The notes under the pieces: model-generated
Databases searched by the model: none
Seen by the model: only the letters and a program-made list of their open reading frames with translations
What the model was told of the DNA's origin: nothing
Part shown: positions 26,010 through 33,767 of the stretch, piece by piece
Layout of the letters: the number at the start of each line of letters is the position of its first letter
How positions within the stretch are numbered: the first letter of the stretch is position 1
Position numbers and translations under genes: made by a program
Source of the DNA: Candidatus Binataceae bacterium
GTDB lineage: Bacteria; Desulfobacterota; Binatia; Binatales; Binataceae
Direction: 5' to 3'
Assembly (NCBI GenBank): GCA_035294805.1
Contig: DATGKG010000072.1
Coordinates: forward strand, 1 to 34,197
DNA: 34,197 nt

Positions 26010-27110
26010 GTGCAACGCGGACTGCGCTTGCTCTGGGCAGTCGCCGCCGCGACGCTGCTCGCGGGATGTAACTTCGGCTACATCACGCGTGGCGCGTATG
26101 AGGAGGCACGCATCTTGTGGAATCGCCGTCCGATTCCGCAGGTGATCGTCGATCCTGAGCTCGAGCCGGAAATCCGCAAGCGACTCGAAACCGTTCTCGC
26201 CGTGCGCGATTTCGACCGCGACCATCTCGGACTCAAAACCGGCGACGCGTATACCACGGTATCTCCCGTCGATACCGGCGCAATCGTGTACGTCGTGATG
26301 GCGGCGCCGCGCGATTCGATCGAGCCCTACGAGTGGTGGTTTCCGATCGTCGGTGCGGTGCCGTATCGCGGCTATTTCAATGAGAGCGAGGCGCGCGCAC
26401 TCGCCGCCGACATGGAGGCAAAGGGCTACGACACCATGGTGCGTCCGGCGGTGGCGTTTTCGAGCCTCGGATTTTTCAACGACCCGCTGCTGTCGAATCT
26501 GCTCCGTCTCAATCGCGTGGAATTGGCCGGCGTGATTACTCATGAACTTTTTCATCGCACCTATTTTCTGCCCAGCAACGTCATGTTCGATGAGTCCGCC
26601 GCCAACTATGTCGGTTCGCGCGGAGCGGTGGAGTTTTTCAAGCAGACCGAAGGCGATTCTGCTTCCGATACAATCGCGGCGCGCGGCGTGTTCGACAGCG
26701 ACATGAAATTTTCGCATTTCCTGCTGCAAGCGCAGGCAAAGCTGCTCTGGATTTACGATAGCGATCTGCCGAAAGACGAGAAGATGAAGCGCCGCGAGGT
26801 AGCGTTCGATCAGATCAAATCCGACTATGCGAAGCTGAAGCCGACGCTATCGGGACTCGAGCGCTTCGACCTCGACAAGGAGCCGCTTAACAACGCGGTG
26901 CTGATCAATTATCTGATCTACTTTCACGAACTCGATGATTTCGCGGCGCTGGAGCGGACGAATCATGGTGACCTGCGAGCGACTATCGAGCGCATCATCG
27001 AAATCGCGAAGGCGAACACCGACGATCCTTTCTATGCTATATGGGAGGCGACGCGCGATGCGCCGCCGCAACAAGCGTCACTCGAACTGATGCCGCCGCC
27101 TATGCGCTGA
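26010..27110 (+). CDS. Predicted zinc aminopeptidase lipoprotein (DUF2265-type)
   Basis: 366-aa ORF. GTG start 3 nt after the ABC gene stop. Lipobox LLAGC. Zinc motif HELFH (ITHELFHRTYF). Overall similarity, from memory, to the 'predicted aminopeptidase' family. Confidence 0.7.
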   Translation: MQRGLRLLWAVAAATLLAGCNFGYITRGAYEEARILWNRRPIPQVIVDPELEPEIRKRLETVLAVRDFDRDHLGLKTGDAYTTVSPVDTGAIVYVVMAAPRDSIEPYEWWFPIVGAVPYRGYFNESEARALAADMEAKGYDTMVRPAVAFSSLGFFNDPLLSNLLRLNRVELAGVITHELFHRTYFLPSNVMFDESAANYVGSRGAVEFFKQTEGDSASDTIAARGVFDSDMKFSHFLLQAQAKLLWIYDSDLPKDEKMKRREVAFDQIKSDYAKLKPTLSGLERFDLDKEPLNNAVLINYLIYFHELDDFAALERTNHGDLRATIERIIEIAKANTDDPFYAIWEATRDAPPQQASLELMPPPMR

Positions 27111-27720
27111 GAAGTTCCACCAGTGCGTCCGTGAGCGCGTCTTCGTAGCCGCCGAAGAAATGATCGGCGCCATCGATCATGCGCAGACGGCCGCCACAGC
27201 TCTGTGCGAGTTCGGTGATGCGCGGCTTCGGGCAGTATCCGTCGCGATCGCCGGCAACCAGCACTATTTTCTTATTTGCGGTGGGATGCGAAAAATCACC
27301 CATGCCGACCGGAAGCGCGACGGCGGCGATGGTTTCGACTTCGTTCAATTCAGCGCCCGCGCGCATCGCGACCGCGGCGCCGAATGAATATCCCGCCATC
27401 ACCGCACGGTCCTTCGCGATGCCCTGCTGCGCGAGGAGAAAGCGCATCGCAGCTTTCGCGTCGTCGCCCTCGCCCACGCCACCGGTATGCTGGCCCTCGC
27501 TCGCACCGACGCCGCGAAAGTTGAAGCGAATCGTCGCGAACCCGAGTTTCCACAACGCCTGCAGGATCGCTTCGACAACGTTATTGTGCATCGAGCCGCC
27601 GTAGAGCGGATGTGGATGGCACACGACGGCGCCGGGCGCGTTACTGCTTCCCGCGGGTCTCGCCATGAGACCTTCGACTTTGAGCGGTCCGGATGGAATG
27701 ACCACAGCTTCTTCCTTCAT
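27100..27720 (-). CDS. Alpha/beta hydrolase (COG2945-like)
   Basis: 206-aa ORF. VCHPHPLYGGSMHNNVV motif and nucleophile elbow GYSFGA. Its 3' end overlaps the convergent aminopeptidase gene by 11 nt. Confidence 0.8.
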   Translation of the reverse strand: MKEEAVVIPSGPLKVEGLMARPAGSSNAPGAVVCHPHPLYGGSMHNNVVEAILQALWKLGFATIRFNFRGVGASEGQHTGGVGEGDDAKAAMRFLLAQQGIAKDRAVMAGYSFGAAVAMRAGAELNEVETIAAVALPVGMGDFSHPTANKKIVLVAGDRDGYCPKPRITELAQSCGGRLRMIDGADHFFGGYEDALTDALVELLSA

Positions 27721-27774
27721 GCCTTTCAGCCTGCCATGCGCTGCGCGAGTCGTCGAGCTATGGTGAAAGCTTAG

Positions 27775-28233
27775 ATGGAGCCGATTGCCAAATTCGCCGC
27801 CGATCGAATGCTCGCCCGCATCGCGCGATGGTTGCGGATGCTCGGCGCCGACGTGATTTTCGATGAGAGAATCGACGGCGCGGCGATGCTACAGGTCGCG
27901 CGCCGCGACCGACGCATCATGCTGACTCGGGACAAGCGTCTCAAAGCCGCGCCCGACGTACTCTTTCTCGCTTCCAACCATTTCCGCGAGCAGCTCCGAC
28001 AGATCCTCATGCGATATCCATTCGACATTCGCCGCGACGCTTTCTCGCGATGCTCCAAATGCAACACGCCGCTGATCGAAGTCGATCGCGAGGTCATACG
28101 CCATCGCGTGCCGCCATTTGTGTATGCGAGCAACGAGAAGTTTTCGGAATGTCCCGCCTGCTGTCACTTATATTGGAGCGGAACCCATCCGGAGCGAATC
28201 ATGCGCGAGCTCCAGCGCATCCGGGCGCTCTGA
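27775..28233 (+). CDS. Mut7-C RNase domain (DUF82) protein, PIN-like nuclease fold plus zinc ribbon
   Basis: 152-aa ORF. FAADRMLARIARWLRMLGADV N-terminus and TRDKRL are typical of Mut7-C. C-terminal CSKCN...CPACC four-Cys ribbon followed by YWSGTH. Confidence 0.8.
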   Translation: MEPIAKFAADRMLARIARWLRMLGADVIFDERIDGAAMLQVARRDRRIMLTRDKRLKAAPDVLFLASNHFREQLRQILMRYPFDIRRDAFSRCSKCNTPLIEVDREVIRHRVPPFVYASNEKFSECPACCHLYWSGTHPERIMRELQRIRAL

Positions 28234-28338
28234 ATGGCACAAATTGGCGCATATCTTTTTGGGATTGTCTCACAACCGGCTCATTGACTATAAGGAAGTC
28301 ACGCCCGGGCATCGCGGTATGCCCACTGGGGGAGTGCC

Positions 28339-29661
28339 ATGAAGAAAGCCCTGCTGGGCCTCGTTGTTAGCTTCATCGCCACCTTCGTTCTCGCCCTTAG
28401 CGTCGATGTGCACGCGGTCTCACTTACCCTAGAGGGAGTCGGCAGCAGTGTCAGCGTTGGAAACTCCCAGGCGCTCTATGCAAGTGACAGCAACGGCCGT
28501 GCAGTGCTGATCAGTGCGGTCGGCATGCCGTCTCCCGATGGCGGCAAAATCACCGAACTCGGCGTTCCCTCGATGATGCCGGATGGGCGTGTGGTCTTCG
28601 GCGCCGAAGTCACGACCAAAGGCGAGCACGGCTCGACCGATCGCCAGCAATGGACCATCTTCATCGGCAATCCTGACGCGTCGATAGATCGTCGCATCGC
28701 GGCGATCGACGTGCGAGCCAAACCGGCGTGGTGCAACCCCGTCTATCATGGCGATCCCTATCCGGTCGCCGACGCTGACGGGCAAATCGCATTCATGGCG
28801 GCACTCGGACGCGATCGCGACGGGCTGCTGCTCTTTTCGCATGGCGTGCTCTCGTGCCTGGCGGAGTCCGGCAGCAAGACCAATGAGGGCGACGAAATCG
28901 CCGTGCTCAGTTTCGGCAGCCCGCAGATGGCAGATGACGGACAGGTGATTTTCAACGCATGGCTCAAGCCGTCGGCGCGCCATCCGATCCCCAAGGGCGA
29001 CACCTCCGCGCACGATCATCAGCATCTGCAGGCGCTTCTGATGGCGACACGCGCGGGCATTCATGAACTCGCGGTCGAAGGCGACTACGGACCCAATCAC
29101 ACCGAGTATATGCGGCCATTCGGTCTACCTAGCGCGGTCGGCTCGCCTCAGGGAACGTTGGTCGCATTCACTGCGAAGACGCCCACCGGCGGCGCGCTCT
29201 TCACGTATGATGGCCGCGCGATGGTTCGCGTCCTGCAAACCGGAACCGAAACTCCGCTGGGACCGGTCTCATATGTCTCGCCGGGCCGGCCGGGCCTGAT
29301 GTCGGATGGCACGATGGCAGTCCTCGCGGGATGCGCGCGGGTGCCGGTAATCTTCCGCCTCAGTCGCGGATTGATGGACCTCAGGATTCAGCGCGGGCAA
29401 CTGACGCCGCTCGGCGCGATCATCGAATCGCTCGGCGATCCGGTGCTCACGGCCTCGGGCGCGATGTTCGTCGGCGCCACCGACACTGACGGCCGCGAAC
29501 AGCTTTACGTGCTGGGTCGCAACGACGAATTCTTCGAGGTGGGATCGCCGGAGATGCTGTACCGGGTAGCGTTCGATGAGGAAAGTCATCCGCACACGAT
29601 TTTCACCGGCACCCTGACGGTCAATCAGCACGGCGACTTCGGCTACCTCGGCGGCAAGTAG
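28339..29661 (+). CDS. Secreted repeat protein, probable beta-propeller (xDGxxxF / NxxGxxAF-like repeats), function unknown
   Basis: 440-aa ORF. GGGGGAG RBS. Signal peptide ending VDVHA. About eight spaced repeats: SNGRAVLISA, PDGRVVFGAE, ADGQIAFMAA, DDGQVIFNAW, PQGTLVAFTA, SDGTMAVLAG, ASGAMFVGAT, QHGDFGYLGG. Confidence 0.6.
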   Translation: MKKALLGLVVSFIATFVLALSVDVHAVSLTLEGVGSSVSVGNSQALYASDSNGRAVLISAVGMPSPDGGKITELGVPSMMPDGRVVFGAEVTTKGEHGSTDRQQWTIFIGNPDASIDRRIAAIDVRAKPAWCNPVYHGDPYPVADADGQIAFMAALGRDRDGLLLFSHGVLSCLAESGSKTNEGDEIAVLSFGSPQMADDGQVIFNAWLKPSARHPIPKGDTSAHDHQHLQALLMATRAGIHELAVEGDYGPNHTEYMRPFGLPSAVGSPQGTLVAFTAKTPTGGALFTYDGRAMVRVLQTGTETPLGPVSYVSPGRPGLMSDGTMAVLAGCARVPVIFRLSRGLMDLRIQRGQLTPLGAIIESLGDPVLTASGAMFVGATDTDGREQLYVLGRNDEFFEVGSPEMLYRVAFDEESHPHTIFTGTLTVNQHGDFGYLGGK

Positions 29662-29769
29662 CGGTTCACGCGCTACGTCGCTGGAAAGCCTCTCCGGCTC
29701 CTGATAAATCGGCATCAGACCGGATCGTTCTCGCGATCCATCCAATCTGTTCGTCAGGAGCAATTCACG

Positions 29770-30432
29770 ATGCCAGGTTCCGACAAATTCCTGCACCTGA
29801 ACCAGGATCTCTACGATTACGTGATCGCGCACGGGCACAATAGCGATCCGATACTCCTCGACCTCGCGGAAGAGACGCATAAGCTGGGAAGAATTTCCGG
29901 AATGCAAATCGCGCCCGAGCAAGGCACGCTGATGGGTCTGCTGGCGCGCGCAATCGGCGCGAAGTCCGCAGTCGAGGTGGGCGTCTTCACCGGTTACAGC
30001 TCGCTTTCAGTAGCGCGTGCGCTTCCTCCGGACGGCAAGCTGTTATGTCTCGACGTGAATGAAGAGTGGACCTCGATCGCGCGGCGCTACTGGGAACGCG
30101 CGGGCGTCGCGAACAAAATCACCTTGAAGCTCGCCCCCGCGGCGGACACGCTGCGCGCACTTCCCGCGTCGCGTACGTTCGATTTCGCATTCGTCGATGC
30201 GGACAAATCCAATTATCGAATCTACTACGAGGAAATCCTGAAGCGGCTGCGCCCCAATGGTTTGCTGCTCATCGATAACGTGCTGTGGAACGGCCAGGTC
30301 ATCGATGCGAACGACAAATCCGACGATACGGTCGCAATTCGCGCGCTGAATGATTTCATCGCGACCGACACGCGCGTGGAAGCGGTGATGATTCCGGTCG
30401 CCGACGGCATCACCATCGCGCGCAAGAAATAG
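29770..30432 (+). CDS. Class I SAM-dependent O-methyltransferase (cation-dependent caffeoyl-CoA OMT-like)
   Basis: 220-aa ORF. AGGAG RBS at 29756..29760. SAM motif VEVGVFTGYSS. Metal/acidic motifs DFAFVDADK and LLLIDNVLWNG. Confidence 0.88.
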   Translation: MPGSDKFLHLNQDLYDYVIAHGHNSDPILLDLAEETHKLGRISGMQIAPEQGTLMGLLARAIGAKSAVEVGVFTGYSSLSVARALPPDGKLLCLDVNEEWTSIARRYWERAGVANKITLKLAPAADTLRALPASRTFDFAFVDADKSNYRIYYEEILKRLRPNGLLLIDNVLWNGQVIDANDKSDDTVAIRALNDFIATDTRVEAVMIPVADGITIARKK

Positions 30433-30442
30433 TCCGCCCTAG

Positions 30443-30817
30443 ATGGTCGATATCAAGATCAGCGGCGACCTTCTCGACGTAGAATTTATCGGATGGAGCA
30501 AGCTTTGGGCGCTCCGCAGCCGTCTGGAGATTCCTATTGCCTCAATAAAAGAGGTCCGAGCCGACGGAAATATTCCTAAGGGCGATTACATCCGAGCATT
30601 CGGAACTGGAATTCCGATAATGATTCACGCGGGCATGTTCACCGATTTCAAACGCTGGGCGCTCTTCGATCTGCGCGCCGATCGCGTCAACGTGGTGATT
30701 ATGGAATTGGCCGGCTGGAAATACGACGCCGTCGCTCTTCAGGTGAAAGATGCGCGCGCCAGCATGGAAATGATTCGCATCGCGATGGCGGAGCGAGGGA
30801 ATCCCGGAATCGGTTAG
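30443..30817 (+). CDS. Hypothetical protein (124 aa; possibly a bacterial PH-like domain)
   Basis: ORF 10 nt downstream of the OMT gene. MVDIKISGDLLDVEFIGWSKLWALRSRLEIPIASIKEVR... has no catalytic motif I recognise. Codon usage is gene-like. Confidence 0.55.
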   Translation: MVDIKISGDLLDVEFIGWSKLWALRSRLEIPIASIKEVRADGNIPKGDYIRAFGTGIPIMIHAGMFTDFKRWALFDLRADRVNVVIMELAGWKYDAVALQVKDARASMEMIRIAMAERGNPGIG

Positions 30818-31533
30818 CGCGGAGGTTGCGCCGCGGCGAAAGTGCGGATACCGCGGACGACCTGCGCGCTCACGACGTTGCGATTGTTCAGAATCTGCCA
30901 CGCGCTCTCGGGCCGCTCCGACGGATATTCGATGCGCGCGTTCTTGCAAATCGCGGCGTGCTCGATTTTGAACTCCGGTGAGGTCACCACCAGATCGGTC
31001 TTCATCCCATTGTCGCCGCGCGAGGTTTTTATCGCATCGACATGGTCGTAGGCGAGGCGGCTCGGCTCGATCGTTTGCAGCAGCGGTAGAATGACTTCCA
31101 CCAACTGACCTTTCTCGTCGCTGATGACCGCGTGAGCGCGATTGCGATCGGACTCGAACTCGATCTTGCCGAAGATGTTGGGAATTCCGCGCTCCGCAAT
31201 ACCTGCGGCAAGCGCGCTGCGGCTATTGGTGATCGATGCGACCGCGAATCCGGCCGGCATCATGTTGAGGCGACATCCGAGCGCAAGGGTCGCATCGCGA
31301 AACGGACCGATCGGACTTTGGGTGACGTCCGCGACGATCAATCGGCAATACGCCGGCGAGGTGCGGCCGTATTCGGGCGGCAGCCAGTCAAGGAGGATTT
31401 CCTTGCGGACCTCGAAGTAGACATTGAGCATCGTCGCGTCGGCGCAGGTCCACGGAAGCGCGGGATACTCCGGCTTCGCGGACGGCGGATCGATCGCGTA
31501 CTTCTCGTGTTTGGCTCTTCCGAAGTCCGGCAT
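30814..31533 (-). CDS. Acetoacetate decarboxylase (ADC)-fold family protein, apparently lacking the catalytic Lys pair
   Basis: 239 aa from MPDFGRAKHEKYAIDPP. The ATG at 31533 lies 2 nt after the TGA of the upstream LLM gene. ATMLNVYFEVRKEILLDWLPPEY and ALAAGIAERGIPNIFGKIEF resemble the ADC family pattern (from memory). The 539-aa track ORF is this gene plus a spurious extension. Confidence 0.55.
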   Translation of the reverse strand: MPDFGRAKHEKYAIDPPSAKPEYPALPWTCADATMLNVYFEVRKEILLDWLPPEYGRTSPAYCRLIVADVTQSPIGPFRDATLALGCRLNMMPAGFAVASITNSRSALAAGIAERGIPNIFGKIEFESDRNRAHAVISDEKGQLVEVILPLLQTIEPSRLAYDHVDAIKTSRGDNGMKTDLVVTSPEFKIEHAAICKNARIEYPSERPESAWQILNNRNVVSAQVVRGIRTFAAAQPPR

Positions 31534-31535
31534 GT

Positions 31536-32675
31536 TCAGGTCGCCATCGGAGGCGCTTCGGGACCGCCATCCGTCTTGCTGGGCGCCTTCTTCGCGCGCT
31601 CCGCAACTTTCTCTTCGGTGAATTCCGGCATCACATATTTCGCGAAACGCTCGAGGCTCGCGAGCACCTTCTTGTGCGGAATCGCCTGGTCGAAGTTTAT
31701 CAGCATCACGACGCGCTCGACGCCGACCTCTTCCCAGTAGCGCATGTTCTGAATTATTTCCTCGGCCGAGCCAACCGGAAAACCTTCGCGCAGTGAGAAA
31801 ATCTCCGCTTGGGTCAGCAGCGCGGTCGCGTTGGCCTGCGCGGTGTACGCGTGCGAGGGGTAAATTCCGCCGAGACCCACCAGATGCGCGGCGGTCTGGA
31901 AAAATGAAAACGCTGCTGCTCCACCGACCGCCTTCGCTTCGTTCGGATCTTCGCCGCAGTAGAGCCAGCTCGCCGCGTTGACCTGATTGTTCACGAACTT
32001 CCCGACCGGATCGCAATGCTTGATGATGCGGCGATAATCCGCGACCAGCCGCCGATAATCTGCCGGCGTGCCGAGCGTGACGCCGAGCATCCCGATGCCG
32101 CGTTCCGCTGCCTGCACGGCGGTTTCCGGCGACGATACCGCGACCCACATCGGCGGATGCGGTTCCTGAATCGGTTTCGGCAACACGTTGCGTGGCGGCA
32201 TCGAGAAGTACTTCCCGTGCCATTCGAATTCGTCTTCGGTCCACATTTTTGGAATCGCGCGGATGCACTCGTCCCACATTTCCTTGGTGGTGTCGGGATC
32301 GATGTTGAACCCGCCGACTTCGGTCCATGTCGCGGACCGGCCGGTGCCGAACTCCAGGCGTCCGCCCGATACGATATCGAGCATCGCCGCGCGCTCCGCG
32401 ATGCGCGCTGGATGATTCATCGGCGGCAGGCATACCGCGATGCCCTGGCCGAGATGAATGCGCTTCGTACGCGCGGCGGCCGCCGCCAGAAAAACTTCCG
32501 GCGCGGAGCCGTGTGAGTATTCCTCGAGGAAGTGATGCTCGACCTGCCAGACCTGATCGAAGCCGAGTTCATCGGCGAGCACGATTTGCTCCATCGCCTG
32601 CTCGTACTCGCGCAACTCTGATTGACGCGTCCATGGCTTCTGCACCGAATGTTCGTAGAAGATTCCGAATTTCAT
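31536..32675 (-). CDS. Luciferase-like (LLM class) flavin/F420-dependent oxidoreductase
   Basis: 379-aa ORF. MKFGIFYEH...LGFDQVWQVEHHFLEEYSH...GRLEFGTGRS are canonical LLM motifs. Confidence 0.88.
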   Translation of the reverse strand: MKFGIFYEHSVQKPWTRQSELREYEQAMEQIVLADELGFDQVWQVEHHFLEEYSHGSAPEVFLAAAAARTKRIHLGQGIAVCLPPMNHPARIAERAAMLDIVSGGRLEFGTGRSATWTEVGGFNIDPDTTKEMWDECIRAIPKMWTEDEFEWHGKYFSMPPRNVLPKPIQEPHPPMWVAVSSPETAVQAAERGIGMLGVTLGTPADYRRLVADYRRIIKHCDPVGKFVNNQVNAASWLYCGEDPNEAKAVGGAAAFSFFQTAAHLVGLGGIYPSHAYTAQANATALLTQAEIFSLREGFPVGSAEEIIQNMRYWEEVGVERVVMLINFDQAIPHKKVLASLERFAKYVMPEFTEEKVAERAKKAPSKTDGGPEAPPMAT

Positions 32676-32688
32676 GCGCGATGCTCCA

Positions 32689-33552
32689 TCAATTCAGTTT
32701 TTGCAGGCTCGGGCAAAATCCCAGCCCCACCGTCCCTTCGCCACAGTATGCGCCTGCCGAAGGACCGAGTGGAGTCACGATTAGTTTCGCACATTTGAGG
32801 CTCCGGTGCGCGTCGGCCGCAAGCGCCTTCGCACCCTCGGGATTGTTGGCGTGAGTGATAAGGACGATCGCCTCGCTGCCGGCGAGTTGGGTCTGCGCCC
32901 GCTCCAGCATGTTCGCGATGTTCTCCGCTTGCGTGCGTGCCTTGCCGATTACCGCGATGCGTCCCCACACGCGAATCAGCGGCAGCATCCCGCGCAGCGG
33001 ACCGACGTTCATCTCATATAGAGAGATGCGGCCGTCGCGGCGCAGATAGTCATTCGTCGTCGGCGCGTAGAAGCTATCGATCTGAGGCGTCGCTTCCTCG
33101 ATTGCCTTGATGATGTCGTTGAGTTCCGCGCCTCGCACCGCCATTTCAGCGGCTCCGATCGCAACCGCGCCTAGCGCCGTCAGCGCGCGCCCGGTGTTCA
33201 TCACCTCGACTTCGATCTGGCTGTCGCGCTTCGCTACGACCGCGGCCGAGTACGCGGCGGTGTAGGTCGAGCACGACTCGAACGGATTGATGAGGCATAG
33301 CACGCGCTCTCCCCGCTCATGCGCCTTGCGATAGGCGGCGAGGAAGTCCGTCGGCATCGCGGCTGCAATGGTCGGCAATCGCGGCTCATCTTTGAGGCGT
33401 CGATAGAACTCGACGCGATCGAGCGCATCATCGCGGAAGAATTCGGTCGAGAACGCCACCTGCAGCGGTGCGGTCTCGATGCCCAACCGCGCGGTCTCGG
33501 CGGCGGGCAAATCGACGCTGGAATCGGTTACGATGGAAATCTGCTGATTCAC
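32689..33552 (-). CDS. DegV family (fatty-acid-binding) protein
   Basis: ISIVTDSSVDLP N-terminus typical of DegV. I prefer the GTG start at 33552 (287 aa), because DegV proteins begin right at the IxxDS strand. The track ORF start at 33624 (311 aa) remains possible. A lone TATAAT at 33576..33571 (minus strand) lies between the two candidate starts. Confidence 0.8.
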   Translation of the reverse strand: MNQQISIVTDSSVDLPAAETARLGIETAPLQVAFSTEFFRDDALDRVEFYRRLKDEPRLPTIAAAMPTDFLAAYRKAHERGERVLCLINPFESCSTYTAAYSAAVVAKRDSQIEVEVMNTGRALTALGAVAIGAAEMAVRGAELNDIIKAIEEATPQIDSFYAPTTNDYLRRDGRISLYEMNVGPLRGMLPLIRVWGRIAVIGKARTQAENIANMLERAQTQLAGSEAIVLITHANNPEGAKALAADAHRSLKCAKLIVTPLGPSAGAYCGEGTVGLGFCPSLQKLN

Positions 33553-33707
33553 GTTCCTACCAGTTGTTAGATTATAAGCGTTTAGCGTGCCCCATACGGG
33601 ATGGTCAAGAAAGCCGCACTGCACTGGCGGAACAAGGTTGGTGCAATGATGGAGCCATCAACCCGAGCAGGCTAAACTCCCACAGAAGATGGCTGCATTC
33701 CTTTAGC

Positions 33708-33726
33708 TCTCCCCCTCTGGGGGAGA
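33708..33726. repeat. REP-like hairpin, copy C (degV-leuS intergenic)
   Basis: Perfect 8-bp stem TCTCCCCC (33708..33715), loop TCT, GGGGGAGA (33719..33726). It is preceded by CCTTTAGC, comparable to CTTTTAGC in copy B. It is a looser relative of copies A and B. Confidence 0.4.
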
Positions 33727-33767
33727 CTACAGTGGGGAAGCAGGCCGTGAAACTACGCAGGCGGCAC

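Noticed and set aside
25668-26729. Other long antisense ORFs (25668..26729, 17839..18915, 13879..14838, 4392..5294, 6742..7659, 116..997, 1031..1741, 12492..13265, 28429..29100, 29269..29922 and similar)
   Set aside because: Each lies opposite a gene with strong family motifs and has Arg/His/Asp-rich low-information translations. They are not separate features.
31534-32433. 300-codon N-terminal extension of the 539-aa ORF 30814..32433, overlapping the LLM gene on the same strand in another frame
   Set aside because: The translation is Arg/Gly/Ser-rich nonsense. The LLM frame has canonical motifs. A good ATG at 31533, two nt after the LLM stop, gives a sensible 239-aa protein. I also considered programmed frameshifting but saw no slippery site.
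33571-33576. Perfect TATAAT (minus strand) upstream of the preferred degV start
   Set aside because: There is no matching -35 or TG extension, and a lone hexamer can occur by chance. I used it only as weak support for the GTG 33552 start.
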